A stretch of DNA of 64,000 bases from an uncultured Candidatus Saccharibacteria bacterium (GCA_949063825.1 CARSRA010000002.1:1571-65570); one strand, 5' to 3'; shown: positions 47,777-58,152, counted from the first letter of the stretch. Made by a program: numbers and translations. Notes: generated by a model from the sequence alone, not told the origin.

Positions 47777-49363
47777 GTGAGTCGGTTATCTGAGTATTTG
47801 AATAGGCATATTGTTGGGAATGTTTTTGATCGGCCATCGATTTGCAACACATATAGTACAGATGGATCGATTCTTACCTATACACCGAAGTTAGTAGCGA
47901 TCCCGGAGACTCAAGACGACATTAGGCGGTTATTGCGATTTGCGAATCAGCTAGCGGCGCGAGATTTGCGTTTGCCAATAACTATGCGTGGCACAGGGCT
48001 AGATAAGACTGGTGCTAGTATTGGTCCGGGAATGATAGTATCTACCGAAAAATTAAATCACATTGAGGAGATTGATGTACGTGGGCGCTTAATTCGTTTG
48101 CAGCCAGGAGTGAAATTAGGAGAGTTGAATCGAGCCTTGCGTTTAAACGGTTTGTGGTTGCCGATTGGTTACGATAATAACGCTACTATTGGCGGGCTGA
48201 TCTCGAACAATCCTATTGATGACTATAATTATAAATATAATGGAATATTCAGCTATGTCGAACGAGTTGAGGTGGCTCTTCCGAGCGGTGATTTAGTGCA
48301 ACTGGCGGCTCTACCTCAGCGTGCAGCGGAATCCAGAGCAAAAGAAGACTCGGTTGAAGGCGTATTATATCGTAAGATTCTTCAGCTGCTAGACGATTAC
48401 GCTGATACGATCTTAGATCGTTCTATGCGTCCATTTGATGCTGAAGGGTATGCCAATATCGTACGAGTAAAAGAAGGGCATATGCTAAATCTATTGCCAT
48501 TGGTCTTTGCTGCTCAAGGGACGTTAGGAGCGATCACGGATATCATTTTGCGTTTGGAGCCACTACCCTCAGTATTTCAACGTATGATGGTGTCGTTCCA
48601 TGATTTAAAAACTGCGCAAAGATTTATGAACTATGCTCGCGACCTAAAACCATACATGTTGAAAATTATCGACCTAGATATTATTGAAACAGCAATCAAG
48701 AATGGTAAAAAACTTGATTTCGTGACTAGGAAGCTTGGCAAGGGGATTCTGGTGATGGTAGGGTTCGATTTCCATAGGCACAAGACGAAACGCTGCCTTG
48801 AGCGCTTATCGGAGTTGTTGCCAGATAATGCACAACAGTTAGTCGAGACGGTGGATAATTGCAATGATTTTGAAGAGATCGAAAGTTTTCTCGTAAATTA
48901 TCTAAATGACAGTGAAGGTGAACGGACGGCAATTCTAGACGGTGCTTTTGTCCCGAATATGAATTTTACGGATTTTGTTCAGGGAGTGAAAACTCTAGAA
49001 CAAACGATCGGGAAAAGACTTCCAATTTATGGATCTTTTGCTTCGCCTAGTTACAGCTTGCGTCCAGATTTTGATTTAGCAGATTTTGGTGATCGACAGG
49101 AGGCGGTAGATTTTATGCAAATGTATGCCGAGCTGGTCGTGTCTTGCCAAGGATCAATTACCGCGAATTATCCTGAAGGACGAACTCGCGCGATTATTCA
49201 ACTTGCTACTCTCTCTGTCACAGAAAGACAATTATACGCTGGGATTAAGGCGGCTTTTGACCCGCTTAATATTATGAATCCGGGCGTTAAACTCGGCGCG
49301 TCGGCTGAAGATGTAGTACGACATCTACGTACAAGAGAGAAAGGCGGGATAATCACCGCCTAG
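47777..49363 (+). CDS. FAD-binding oxidoreductase (GlcD/D-lactate dehydrogenase-like)
   Basis: RGTGLD, ATIGGLISNN, QGTLGAIT, IKAAFDPLNIMNPG. Confidence 0.88.
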   Translation: MSRLSEYLNRHIVGNVFDRPSICNTYSTDGSILTYTPKLVAIPETQDDIRRLLRFANQLAARDLRLPITMRGTGLDKTGASIGPGMIVSTEKLNHIEEIDVRGRLIRLQPGVKLGELNRALRLNGLWLPIGYDNNATIGGLISNNPIDDYNYKYNGIFSYVERVEVALPSGDLVQLAALPQRAAESRAKEDSVEGVLYRKILQLLDDYADTILDRSMRPFDAEGYANIVRVKEGHMLNLLPLVFAAQGTLGAITDIILRLEPLPSVFQRMMVSFHDLKTAQRFMNYARDLKPYMLKIIDLDIIETAIKNGKKLDFVTRKLGKGILVMVGFDFHRHKTKRCLERLSELLPDNAQQLVETVDNCNDFEEIESFLVNYLNDSEGERTAILDGAFVPNMNFTDFVQGVKTLEQTIGKRLPIYGSFASPSYSLRPDFDLADFGDRQEAVDFMQMYAELVVSCQGSITANYPEGRTRAIIQLATLSVTERQLYAGIKAAFDPLNIMNPGVKLGASAEDVVRHLRTREKGGIITA

Positions 49364-49390
49364 CAGATAGTTCTATGTTATAATTAAGGA

Positions 49391-50776
49391 ATGAAGACTA
49401 CAAAAAAGAATTTATCTGACACTAGAGTGGAAGTGAAAGTAACGCTGGATGCGACGGATTTACAGGCTGCGCGCGAGCAGGCTTTGGCACGTTTAGCGAA
49501 AGATTTAAAAGTACAGGGATTTCGCAAAGGTAAGGCCCCGCTGTCATTAGTAGAGAAGCAGATTTCGCCAAATGAGATCGCAAACGAAACGATTGATGTT
49601 GCGGTGCGCACAAATATTTCTAAGGCTTTTGAAGCTGAAAAGCAGCCACCTATTGCAGTCACTAATGTCGCTGTAACGAAGTATGTTCCTGGCGAGAGTG
49701 CAGAATTTACAGCCACCGCAGATGTCCTACCAGATATTAAGCTGGGCGATTATAAGAAATTAGGCGCCAAGATGGATAATATGGAGCCGACTGATGCAGA
49801 TGTCCAAGAGATCATCGACAATATTACCAAGGCTTATTCTGAAAAAACAGCCACGAAGAAAAAGGCCGAATCGGGCGATGAGGTGATTATTGATTTTGTA
49901 GGTAAGCGTGAGAACGGTGAGGAATTCGCTGGTGGCAGTGCAAAAGATCACCATTTGGAGCTTGGTTCGGGGCAATTTATTCCAGGTTTCGAAGATGCAA
50001 TTATAGGTCATGAATCGGGTGATAAGTTTGATATTAAGGTTACCTTTCCAAAAGATTATCCCGAGAAGAGTCTCGCTGGTAAGCCGGCCGTGTTTGAAAC
50101 ACTGGTTAAACAGGTTAACGAAATAAAGGTCCCGAAGTTGGATGATGAGTTAGCAAAGAAATGTGGCAACTTCAAAACGGTAGCGGAATTAAAAGCGGAT
50201 ATTAAAACTAATCTTCAGGCACAAAACCAACAACGTGCGTATGAAAAATATCGCGATGACTTAGTCCAAGAATTAGTAAGGAAGTCGAAAGTTGCAGCAC
50301 CAGAGATCCTGATCGATGATCAGATGCGCTTTATCCGTGACGATCTAACTCGCAATGTCGCTAGCCATGGCATGACGCTTGAGCAGTATCTAACTCAATC
50401 TGGTATGACTCTAGAAGAATGGGAGAGGCAGGCAAAAGAGGTAGCGGAACAGCGCGTGAAATCTTCGTTGGTTTTGCAAATTTTAGCTAGAGAGCAAAAT
50501 ATTCAGGTGACAGATGATGAAGTTGAGGCAAAAATTGCAGAGCTTCGGAGCGTTTATGGAAAATCGAAGGAAGCACAAGATAATTTGAAGCGACCCGAAG
50601 TTCGCCAAGACATCAAGAATCGCATGATTATTGATAAAACCCTAGATTTTTTGACGGTCGAGAATTTACAAAGTACCAATAGCGCTAAAAAAACTTCTAA
50701 AACCGATAAAAAACCAGCAGCTAAGTCGAGCACAAAAGCGACTAAATCTAAATCCGCCAAGAAGGCAGATAAGTAA
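49391..50776 (+). CDS. tig: Trigger factor
   Basis: GFRKGKAP ribosome-binding motif; FKBP domain LGSGQFIPGFED, VTFPKDY. Confidence 0.97.
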   Translation: MKTTKKNLSDTRVEVKVTLDATDLQAAREQALARLAKDLKVQGFRKGKAPLSLVEKQISPNEIANETIDVAVRTNISKAFEAEKQPPIAVTNVAVTKYVPGESAEFTATADVLPDIKLGDYKKLGAKMDNMEPTDADVQEIIDNITKAYSEKTATKKKAESGDEVIIDFVGKRENGEEFAGGSAKDHHLELGSGQFIPGFEDAIIGHESGDKFDIKVTFPKDYPEKSLAGKPAVFETLVKQVNEIKVPKLDDELAKKCGNFKTVAELKADIKTNLQAQNQQRAYEKYRDDLVQELVRKSKVAAPEILIDDQMRFIRDDLTRNVASHGMTLEQYLTQSGMTLEEWERQAKEVAEQRVKSSLVLQILAREQNIQVTDDEVEAKIAELRSVYGKSKEAQDNLKRPEVRQDIKNRMIIDKTLDFLTVENLQSTNSAKKTSKTDKKPAAKSSTKATKSKSAKKADK

Positions 50777-50787
50777 TAGGGAAAAGC

Positions 50788-50862
50788 TTGCATTTTTATG
50801 TAAGCTAGCGTATAATAGTAGATAGAGTTTCAAGCTGGATACTATTGCTGTATGTATCTAGC
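50788..50862 (+). promoter_or_regulatory. rpsL promoter and leader hairpin
   Basis: TTGCAT-17-TATAAT (50788-50816); stem GCTGGATAC/GTATCTAGC (50834-50862). Confidence 0.7.
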
Positions 50863-50888
50863 AAAATATTAGTTAAATAGGGAAGTTT

Positions 50889-51299
50889 ATGCCAACAATT
50901 AATCAGTTGATTCGTAAACCGCGTAAGAAGGCTGCGAAAAAGTCGAATGCGCCAGCGCTTGGTAGTATTGTTAATACTCTAAAGACTCGTAAATATGATC
51001 AAGCGGCACCTTTGAAGCGTGGTGTCTGTCTTAAGGTTACAACTAAGACTCCGAAAAAACCAAACTCTGCGTTGCGTAAAGTTGCGCGTGTGCGCTTAAC
51101 TAACGGTCAGGAAGTTTGGGCTTATATTGGTGGTGAAGGGCACAACTTGCAGGAGCACGCAGTTGTATTAGTTCGCGGTGGTCGCGTACCTGATTTGCCA
51201 GGTGTACGCTATCATGTTGTCCGTGGTACGCTCGATCTTCAGGGCGTTCAGGGTCGCAAACAAGGTCGTTCTAAGTATGGTGCGAAGAAAGGAGAATAA
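50889..51299 (+). CDS. rpsL: 30S ribosomal protein S12
   Basis: [35 protein letters not shown]. Confidence 0.99.
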   Translation: MPTINQLIRKPRKKAAKKSNAPALGSIVNTLKTRKYDQAAPLKRGVCLKVTTKTPKKPNSALRKVARVRLTNGQEVWAYIGGEGHNLQEHAVVLVRGGRVPDLPGVRYHVVRGTLDLQGVQGRKQGRSKYGAKKGE

Positions 51300-51302
51300 T
51301 TT

Positions 51303-51782
51303 ATGCCACGTAAAGTTACCAAGTCTTTGCAACGTAAGATTTCGCCAGATCGCAAGTATCAGTCAGTTTTAGTACAGCGTTTAATCAATAAGAGTATGCT
51401 GGATGGCAAAAAGCAGGTCGCTGAACGGGCAGTTTACGAGGCGCTTGAGGGGGCGGCAAAGAAATTGAATTCGGAAGATCCAGTAGCAGTATTCGAGAAG
51501 GCGATTGCCAATATCTCACCGGATTTCGAGGTGAAGTCACGCCGTGTTGGTGGTGCGAACTATCAGATTCCATTTCCGATTTCTGGTCATCGTCAGGAGC
51601 ACTTCGCTTTCACTTGGCTAGTTCAAGCAGCACGAGCACGCAGTGGCATGCCTTATGCAAAGCGTCTTGAACTTGAAATTGTCGATGCCTACAATGAAAC
51701 TGGCGCAGCCTTTAAGAAGAAAGAAGATTGTCACCGCATGGCTGAAGCGAACCGCGCCTTTGCGCATTTTGCACGGGCCTAG
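51303..51782 (+). CDS. rpsG: 30S ribosomal protein S7
   Basis: EVKSRRVGGANYQIP, HRMAEANRAFAHF. Confidence 0.99.
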   Translation: MPRKVTKSLQRKISPDRKYQSVLVQRLINKSMLDGKKQVAERAVYEALEGAAKKLNSEDPVAVFEKAIANISPDFEVKSRRVGGANYQIPFPISGHRQEHFAFTWLVQAARARSGMPYAKRLELEIVDAYNETGAAFKKKEDCHRMAEANRAFAHFARA

Positions 51783-51829
51783 AGTTCTACGGTTAAAAGA
51801 TCCTCTACGAGCAAGGGTTGAAATAAGAA

Positions 51830-51859
51830 ATAAAGGAGTCCTTAGAAGGGCTCCTTTAT
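51830..51859. terminator. Hairpin terminator after rpsG
   Basis: ATAAAGGAGTCCTT-AG-AAGGGCTCCTTTAT. Confidence 0.75.
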
Positions 51860-51936
51860 GTGTTTGGTCTCAGCTAGATAACTCCTGAGGCTATCATTCG
51901 TATGAGACGTTTTTGTTGAATGGTGCAGAATGATTA

Positions 51937-52512
51937 TTAGCCTACCGCGGCAAGTGGTCTCATCCTCGTCAGCTTCTGGTTATAGCGGCGCATCGTAACC
52001 CTAAATTCTTCCGGATAATCCTTCCGTATGCGGCTCTCAAGAATAGCGTAGCTATCCCCGGATTCCGGGTCGTTTTCGCTCAAACACATCATTAACATGC
52101 TACATACGGCGATTCCGCTCATACGAAATCTATCCATATCTGACATGTCCTGAAGCGCGTTTGATGCTTCCGACGACAAATCGGGCTGATAGCAGATCCA
52201 AACCATCCCATTTTTGCCGTAATGGCAATTTAGTACCCAGCTTTCATGAGACACATCTCGTATCCCAACCAGATGGCCTGCTGCATGTGCGAAACGGCTG
52301 GATAGCAACATATTTCGCGCGCGACCAAGAGCCGCGCTCATACTCATGCTGGATGATTCATTTCCGGCAATTAAGATGTTTTGACTCAGACCACTTGTTC
52401 CGCATTCTGTGGTCTGGATCATGAGTGACCCTCCTAAGCCTAAACTTTCGAAAAGCCCCTGCAGGGTCTGAATATCCTCTGTGTCTAAAAATGCTTCTTT
52501 TGGTAATTTCAA
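51937..52512 (-). CDS. Hypothetical protein
   Basis: 191-aa ORF with GGAGG Shine-Dalgarno upstream of TTG; no recognised domain. Confidence 0.7.
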   Translation of the reverse strand: MKLPKEAFLDTEDIQTLQGLFESLGLGGSLMIQTTECGTSGLSQNILIAGNESSSMSMSAALGRARNMLLSSRFAHAAGHLVGIRDVSHESWVLNCHYGKNGMVWICYQPDLSSEASNALQDMSDMDRFRMSGIAVCSMLMMCLSENDPESGDSYAILESRIRKDYPEEFRVTMRRYNQKLTRMRPLAAVG

Positions 52513-52733
52513 ATTACCGTACCTCCTTCAAAAGTAGTACACCAAAAAACAACTTGTTTAAGGTGCCTTTGCCTGAAATTAATCAGGCCTATCCTCCCAT
52601 TTTATCATACATTTTCATAAAAGTCAATAGATGTGTCGTAAAAATGATATCTTAAAGCTAATTATTAAGCAAAAACTCTTATTTTTAGTTAAAACTATGC
52701 TATAATTAAACACAAGTAGATTTAGGAGGAATC

Positions 52734-53732
52734 ATGGTCAGATTAGCTATCAACGGGTTTGGTCGCATTGGTCGATGCGCCTTTAAGATTGCTTTTGAGC
52801 GTCAGGATGCGGAGATTGTAGCAATCAACACTATTGGTTCACCGATGGAGCTAGCTCATTTACTTAAATATGACTCAGCTTACGGGGTTTATGATCATGA
52901 TATCGATTATGACGACAAACATATCATTGTTGATGGACAGCCGATTCTATTCTTGCAAGAGGCGGATCCGTCGCGCTTACCTTGGGATCGATTAAAAGTT
53001 GATACTGTAATGGAATGCACGGGGAAGTTCCGAGCACCAGCGGATGCGCGTACGCATATCAAGGCTGGCGCGCGGAAAGTGGTAATTTCGGCGCCCGCGA
53101 AAGGTCAAGGTGCTAAAACGGTAGTATTGGGCGTGAACGAAGAAGTCGTTACAGCTGACGATGATGTGATTTCTTGTGCGAGCTGCACTACGAATTGCAT
53201 TGCGCCGGTCATGAAAGTTCTTGAGGATAACTTTGGAATTGAAAAGGCGATGATGACAACGGTGCACTCTTATACTGCCTCACAAAAATTGCAGGATGAT
53301 GCAGCGAAGGATCTCCGTGAAGCACGAGCGGCGGCGGTAAATATCGTTCCGACAAGTACTGGTGCGTCGAAAGCTACCGCATTGACAATTCCGTCTTTAG
53401 AAAGCAAGTTTAACGGACTTTCGGTACGTGTACCAAGCTTAGTCGTTTCGCTCGCAGATATTACAGCTGTAGTGAAGCGTAAAACCACTATCGCAGAATT
53501 AAATCGGGTGTTTGAAAAAGCTGCCGAAGAACCGTACTACGAAGGTATTTTAGCGGTTACGCATGAGCAGCTCGTGAGTACGGATTTTCGCGGCAATTCT
53601 AATTCGGCGATCATTGATTTGCCTCTTACGGATGTTGTGGGCGGCGATATGGTGAAAATTGTAGCTTGGTATGATAATGAGTGGGGTTATTCTAACCGTT
53701 TGGTCGAGTTATCAGTAGACTTTGGGAGATAA
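52734..53732 (+). CDS. gap: Type I glyceraldehyde-3-phosphate dehydrogenase
   Basis: AINGFGRIGR, ASCTTNCIAP, WYDNEWGYS. Confidence 0.98.
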   Translation: MVRLAINGFGRIGRCAFKIAFERQDAEIVAINTIGSPMELAHLLKYDSAYGVYDHDIDYDDKHIIVDGQPILFLQEADPSRLPWDRLKVDTVMECTGKFRAPADARTHIKAGARKVVISAPAKGQGAKTVVLGVNEEVVTADDDVISCASCTTNCIAPVMKVLEDNFGIEKAMMTTVHSYTASQKLQDDAAKDLREARAAAVNIVPTSTGASKATALTIPSLESKFNGLSVRVPSLVVSLADITAVVKRKTTIAELNRVFEKAAEEPYYEGILAVTHEQLVSTDFRGNSNSAIIDLPLTDVVGGDMVKIVAWYDNEWGYSNRLVELSVDFGR

Positions 53733-53736
53733 TAAA

Positions 53737-54213
53737 ATGCCAGAATATACTATCTATCTTGGAAGTGATCATCGTGGTTTCGAAGATCGCAAAGAGTTAA
53801 AACCGCTGCTCGAGGGCTGTCATCAATTTTTGCGAATAGAAGATCTCGGGCCAGAGCAATTGGATCCAGATGATGATTTTAACGATATTGCAATCACTGT
53901 TGCTAGTGCGGTGCTTGAGAATGAACATAGCTTCGGTATTTTGATTTGCGGATCAGCGCACGGCGTATGTATGCAAGCAAATCGCATTAAGGGGATTCGT
54001 GCAATTAACGCGAGCACTCCTGAAAGCGCAGCGATCGGTCGCGAAGATGATTACGCTAACGTTTTATGTCTCAGTGGAGACAGGTTTAGTGCCGAAGAGA
54101 TGGAGAAAATTGTCAAGGCATTTTGTCATGCGCGCCCTAAGACTGATGAGCGGTATCGGCGTCGTGTGGAGAAATTAGACGAAGATGCCACTTGGCCGGG
54201 GAGTAAGGATTAG
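53737..54213 (+). CDS. rpiB: Ribose-5-phosphate isomerase B family
   Basis: LGSDHRG, GILICGSAHGVCMQANRIKGIRA, ANVLCL. Confidence 0.9.
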   Translation: MPEYTIYLGSDHRGFEDRKELKPLLEGCHQFLRIEDLGPEQLDPDDDFNDIAITVASAVLENEHSFGILICGSAHGVCMQANRIKGIRAINASTPESAAIGREDDYANVLCLSGDRFSAEEMEKIVKAFCHARPKTDERYRRRVEKLDEDATWPGSKD

Positions 54214-54216
54214 TCT

Positions 54217-54864
54217 ATGGCGGTAATTGTGCCAACTATCACTACGGCTGATCAGACCGTATTCAGCACTAATTTGCAGGAGTTTGCGACTTTTGCAAGG
54301 CGGATTCAGATTGATACTTCGGATGGTACTTTTGCTGCTACCACGATGGTGGGACTCAACGAAATGGAACTACCCGAAGGGGTACAAACTGACTTACACT
54401 TGATGACGGCACGTCCAAGTCAATATCTCGAGCGCGTGATTGAATTAAAGCCGAGCCTTTGCATTGTGCACGTCGAGGTCGACGATAACCTACTCGGTAT
54501 TGCTCAGGGGTTGCATGGAGCCGGGATTAAGTTTGGATTGGCGCTACTCAAGGGTACTTATCCACGTCGGGCGCAGCAGTTGATCGCCGAAGCAGACCAT
54601 ATAATGATCTTTGCTGGGTCATTAGGCGAGCAAGGTGGTCAAGCTGACCTCTTGCAATATGAAAAAGTGCCAATTATTCGCGAATTAAAACAAGATATTG
54701 AGATCGGCTGGGATGGGGGCGCTAATCTCAGTAATGTGCGGGCGCTAGCACATGCTGGGATTGATGTAATTAATGTCGGTAGCGCAATTACAAATGCGCC
54801 AGATCATGCCGCGATGTATAAAGCAATTAGTGAAGAGGCTGAACGCAAAGGCGTATTGATATGA
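54217..54864 (+). CDS. rpe: Ribulose-phosphate 3-epimerase (divergent)
   Basis: IDTSDGTF, DLHLM, WDGGAN, VGSAI; operon with rpiB. Confidence 0.85.
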   Translation: MAVIVPTITTADQTVFSTNLQEFATFARRIQIDTSDGTFAATTMVGLNEMELPEGVQTDLHLMTARPSQYLERVIELKPSLCIVHVEVDDNLLGIAQGLHGAGIKFGLALLKGTYPRRAQQLIAEADHIMIFAGSLGEQGGQADLLQYEKVPIIRELKQDIEIGWDGGANLSNVRALAHAGIDVINVGSAITNAPDHAAMYKAISEEAERKGVLI

Positions 54865-55847
54865 GTCGAATTGTAAGTATTGGTCCAGCTGTAGAGGATA
54901 TCTATCTAATTGATCGCGATGATCTGTCAGCCGTGGATTGGAATGGTCAGTCAATTTTTTCTGGTTTGAGTTTTGGCGCTACGGTTGATATTGATAAAGC
55001 TGAGTATCATGTAGGTGGGGGCGGTATCAATGCTGCGGTGACATTTGCGCGTTATGGGCATGAGACAATTTTCATGGGTAATATTGCGCGTGATATTGGT
55101 GGTGAAGCGGTCCTGCGTTGCTTGGATGAAGAAAATATTGACAGTAGCTACGCTGAAGTGGTTGCAGGTACTACGGCTACGCGAGTTTTGTTAGTTGATG
55201 CTAGGACTGGCGAGCGTACGGAGTTGAAATTCGAGGGCGTAGCAAAGACGGCTAAGAACTTGAATCCAAAAGACTTAGAGGATATTGAGCCAGATTGGAT
55301 CTATCTAGCTGGTTTCGGTGGCGATATGCATAAGATTCTTGATCTAGTTGAGAGAGCTCATAAACTTGGGGCGAAAATAATGTGGAACCCTGGTATAGCC
55401 GAGCTTAGGCATACCAAGAAGGTGCTCGGGCTACTTAGCGATGTTGATGTACTGCTAGTTAATAAAGTCGAAGCTGCTAAGTTGGTTCCGGGAGTTATTT
55501 TGACTGAACTGCTTGCGCGGTTAAGTAACTATTGTAAAACAGTTATAATCACCGATGGAATTATGGGAGCGATCGCGACTGATCATATTGAAACTTATCG
55601 ACTAGGTGTTTACGAGCAAAATAAGATTAAGGACATTAATGGTACTGGCGATGCCTTTGGCGCTGGTTTTTTGGCTAATTTTGCTGATAGCGAGGACTTT
55701 GCGAGTGCCCTAAAATACGCTTCGGCAAACGCCGTGAGAGTGGCGCAGAGATTTGGGGCTCAAGCGGGGATTATGAATGGGGCCGAAAAGCTCCATCAGA
55801 TGCCGATGGTGAAGATTGCTAATTTATCGGAGTGGTCTATTTCGTGA
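54861..55847 (+). CDS. PfkB-family carbohydrate kinase
   Basis: GGGGINAA, NKVEA, DINGTGDAFGAGF. Confidence 0.9.
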   Translation: MSRIVSIGPAVEDIYLIDRDDLSAVDWNGQSIFSGLSFGATVDIDKAEYHVGGGGINAAVTFARYGHETIFMGNIARDIGGEAVLRCLDEENIDSSYAEVVAGTTATRVLLVDARTGERTELKFEGVAKTAKNLNPKDLEDIEPDWIYLAGFGGDMHKILDLVERAHKLGAKIMWNPGIAELRHTKKVLGLLSDVDVLLVNKVEAAKLVPGVILTELLARLSNYCKTVIITDGIMGAIATDHIETYRLGVYEQNKIKDINGTGDAFGAGFLANFADSEDFASALKYASANAVRVAQRFGAQAGIMNGAEKLHQMPMVKIANLSEWSIS

Positions 55848-55900
55848 ATAAAGTTAACTGGTCGTAAAATTAGATAAAAGCTAGGAAAGGAAGAAGTATA

Positions 55901-56665
55901 ATGGCAAAAAATGACGAAATCGGAGATTTTCTCAAACAAGAAGAGCAAGTGCTTTCTCAGCTCGAAAAAGATGACGTAGCGCGTGCACGTGCTTATGCGA
56001 ACGATTTGCTGAGAGGACTAAAGACGGTTAGGACTTATCCGCAAGGTGTGACGATTTTTGGTTCAGCACGGTTTCCGCAAACTAATAAATATTGCAAAAA
56101 AGCTCGGGAGCTGGGGCAGCTGCTTGCGCAGAACGGCCATACGGTGATTACTGGCGGCGGTCCAGGAATTATGGAGGCAGCAAATCAGGGTGCATTTGAA
56201 TATGGCGGACGCAGCATCGGCTTGAATATTACTCTTGCGCATGAACAATTCCCAAATCCATACTTGACTGATGTTTTGCAGTTTCAATATTTCTTTGCAC
56301 GCAAGGTAATGCTGGCAATGTCCTCAAAGGTCTATGCGATGTTTCCTGGCGGTTTTGGCACGCTCGATGAGCTTTCGGAAGTAATCGTTCTGATGCAAGA
56401 GAATAAGATGCCTAAAATGCCAGTTTTCCTGTTTGGTAAGAGCTACTGGCGGCCATTGGTGCGTTTTGCGGAGTCAAAAATGGTCAGTTATGGTGCGATT
56501 TCTAAAAAAGACCTTAAATTACTGTATGTGACCGATGATATTAATGAAATCGTTAAAGCCGCCAATAAAATTGGTCATCCAAAGATTAAAACGAATTTTT
56601 ATGATGGCTTCCGAGCGCAATCAGGTATCGATGAATTGCCGGAAGAGGATCGATTGATTAAATAG
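55901..56665 (+). CDS. LOG-family (TIGR00730) nucleotide phosphoribohydrolase
   Basis: IFGSAR, TGGGPGIMEAAN, PGGFGTLDEL. Confidence 0.93.
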   Translation: MAKNDEIGDFLKQEEQVLSQLEKDDVARARAYANDLLRGLKTVRTYPQGVTIFGSARFPQTNKYCKKARELGQLLAQNGHTVITGGGPGIMEAANQGAFEYGGRSIGLNITLAHEQFPNPYLTDVLQFQYFFARKVMLAMSSKVYAMFPGGFGTLDELSEVIVLMQENKMPKMPVFLFGKSYWRPLVRFAESKMVSYGAISKKDLKLLYVTDDINEIVKAANKIGHPKIKTNFYDGFRAQSGIDELPEEDRLIK

Positions 56666-56689
56666 CTGGATGGGCCTATAATAGTATAT

Positions 56690-57370
56690 ATGAGCAGCGG
56701 AGGTTCTAGGTTTGGTCATGGATTTGACCGTTGGATTGACGAATGTAAGATGGCAATTTCTGGAGCTGTACTTGCGACTAGCAAGGCAGAGTTTTGGTCA
56801 GGTTTTTTGATTTCTTTTGTGATTTTTGGCACACTTATGAATTTGCTCGCGAGTGGTTTTGGCGTATTCAGTACAATGGCGGCATTGGGTATTTCAGGAT
56901 CTTTGAAGATTATCAGTGATGCATTTTTGGCGATTTTTGGTTTTGATAAGAGCTTTGGTGATTGGGCGCTAACTTTTGTTGTGGTAGTATTACAGAGTAT
57001 CCTGATTGGGTTGATCGTGTTTGTCTGGCATGCTAAATGCCGTCAGCAGGAATCAACAGTAACTGAGACAGCTAAAAATGCTGGCAACTTGCAGGACGCT
57101 GGGATTGCTACGGGTCTTGCGATCCTCGGGACCGGGTGCCCAACGTGTGGTACGAGTCTGCTTGCGCCGGTGATTGGGTCCTTGGTTGGCACAGGCAGTT
57201 ACGCGCTGGCCGGTGTGGTCTCATGGGGTTTAACTATCGCCGCTGTAGTACTGATTCTTTTTTCAATCAAACGCGTCGGGAGGGATGCCTATGCTATGAT
57301 TACCAGTGAACGTTTTCTGAATAAGAGAAAGGAGCAAAATGTCAGCAAAAACACCAACTTCAAAAAGTGA
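56690..57370 (+). CDS. Integral membrane protein with CPTC motif
   Basis: About 4-5 TM helices; GTGCPTCGTS; overlaps downstream DsbA-like gene. Confidence 0.8.
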   Translation: MSSGGSRFGHGFDRWIDECKMAISGAVLATSKAEFWSGFLISFVIFGTLMNLLASGFGVFSTMAALGISGSLKIISDAFLAIFGFDKSFGDWALTFVVVVLQSILIGLIVFVWHAKCRQQESTVTETAKNAGNLQDAGIATGLAILGTGCPTCGTSLLAPVIGSLVGTGSYALAGVVSWGLTIAAVVLILFSIKRVGRDAYAMITSERFLNKRKEQNVSKNTNFKK

Positions 57371-58058
57371 GACGATAGCTAGGATTGGGCGTATCGCTTT
57401 GATTAGTGGGATCGTAATTCTGTTCTTAGCGGTTTTCGTGTTGAGTGCAACCCATAAATCTCCGGCTAGTGAACAAGTTTGGGATATGCGTACGACGGTT
57501 GGAAATCAGGACGCTAAGAAGCACTATATTATGTATACCGATTTAATGTGTCCGTATTGTGATGTCTTTTCGCGCGCGGTGATGGAACATCAGGAGGAAT
57601 TTGAGCAATTTTTGGCAGATAACGATATCTTGTTTGAGATTCGCCTGACAGATATGCTGTATTATGGTGCCGATAGTACGATGTCTCAAGATGCTGCTGA
57701 AGCGGCACAGTGTGCAGTTCGCGAAGATAAGTTTTGGGATTATTATCATGCGGCTTTGACAGCGCTATACGATGATTATCATTCTAAAGGCATTGGCAAC
57801 AGTAAAACGGCTACGCCGATCAAGAATATGCCTGAGGATTACTGGTTAGAAATCGGTATCGAGGCTGGATTAGGCGACGAATTTGAGAAATGTGTTCAAG
57901 AACACGAGAGTGCGGACGAAGTTGAAGAAATTACCATGAAGGCTTCACAATTTGCTGAAGGGATGCCGACTTTTGTCTTTGAAAAGTTTAAGACATCTGG
58001 TTTTGGTGATACTTGGGGTTGGGAAGAAGCTAAAGAATTCCTCAATGCTGGTATCTAG
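57339..58058 (+). CDS. DsbA-family thioredoxin-fold protein, membrane anchored
   Basis: N-terminal TM, YTDLMCPYC, AAEAAQCA..EDKFWDY, GMPTF cis-Pro loop. Confidence 0.88.
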   Translation: MSAKTPTSKSETIARIGRIALISGIVILFLAVFVLSATHKSPASEQVWDMRTTVGNQDAKKHYIMYTDLMCPYCDVFSRAVMEHQEEFEQFLADNDILFEIRLTDMLYYGADSTMSQDAAEAAQCAVREDKFWDYYHAALTALYDDYHSKGIGNSKTATPIKNMPEDYWLEIGIEAGLGDEFEKCVQEHESADEVEEITMKASQFAEGMPTFVFEKFKTSGFGDTWGWEEAKEFLNAGI

Positions 58059-58083
58059 TTTTGGGATATGCTGAGCCAGCTAG

Positions 58084-58113
58084 AGAGTCTCGGATCGAGT
58101 GATCCGAGACTCT
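58084..58113. terminator. Hairpin between convergent dsbA-like and hisS genes, probable terminator
   Basis: 13-bp perfect stem AGAGTCTCGGATC-GAGT-GATCCGAGACTCT. Confidence 0.75.
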
Positions 58114-58152
58114 TGGTTTTAGTTTTCGCCTAAAATCCTACAATAAAGGATT

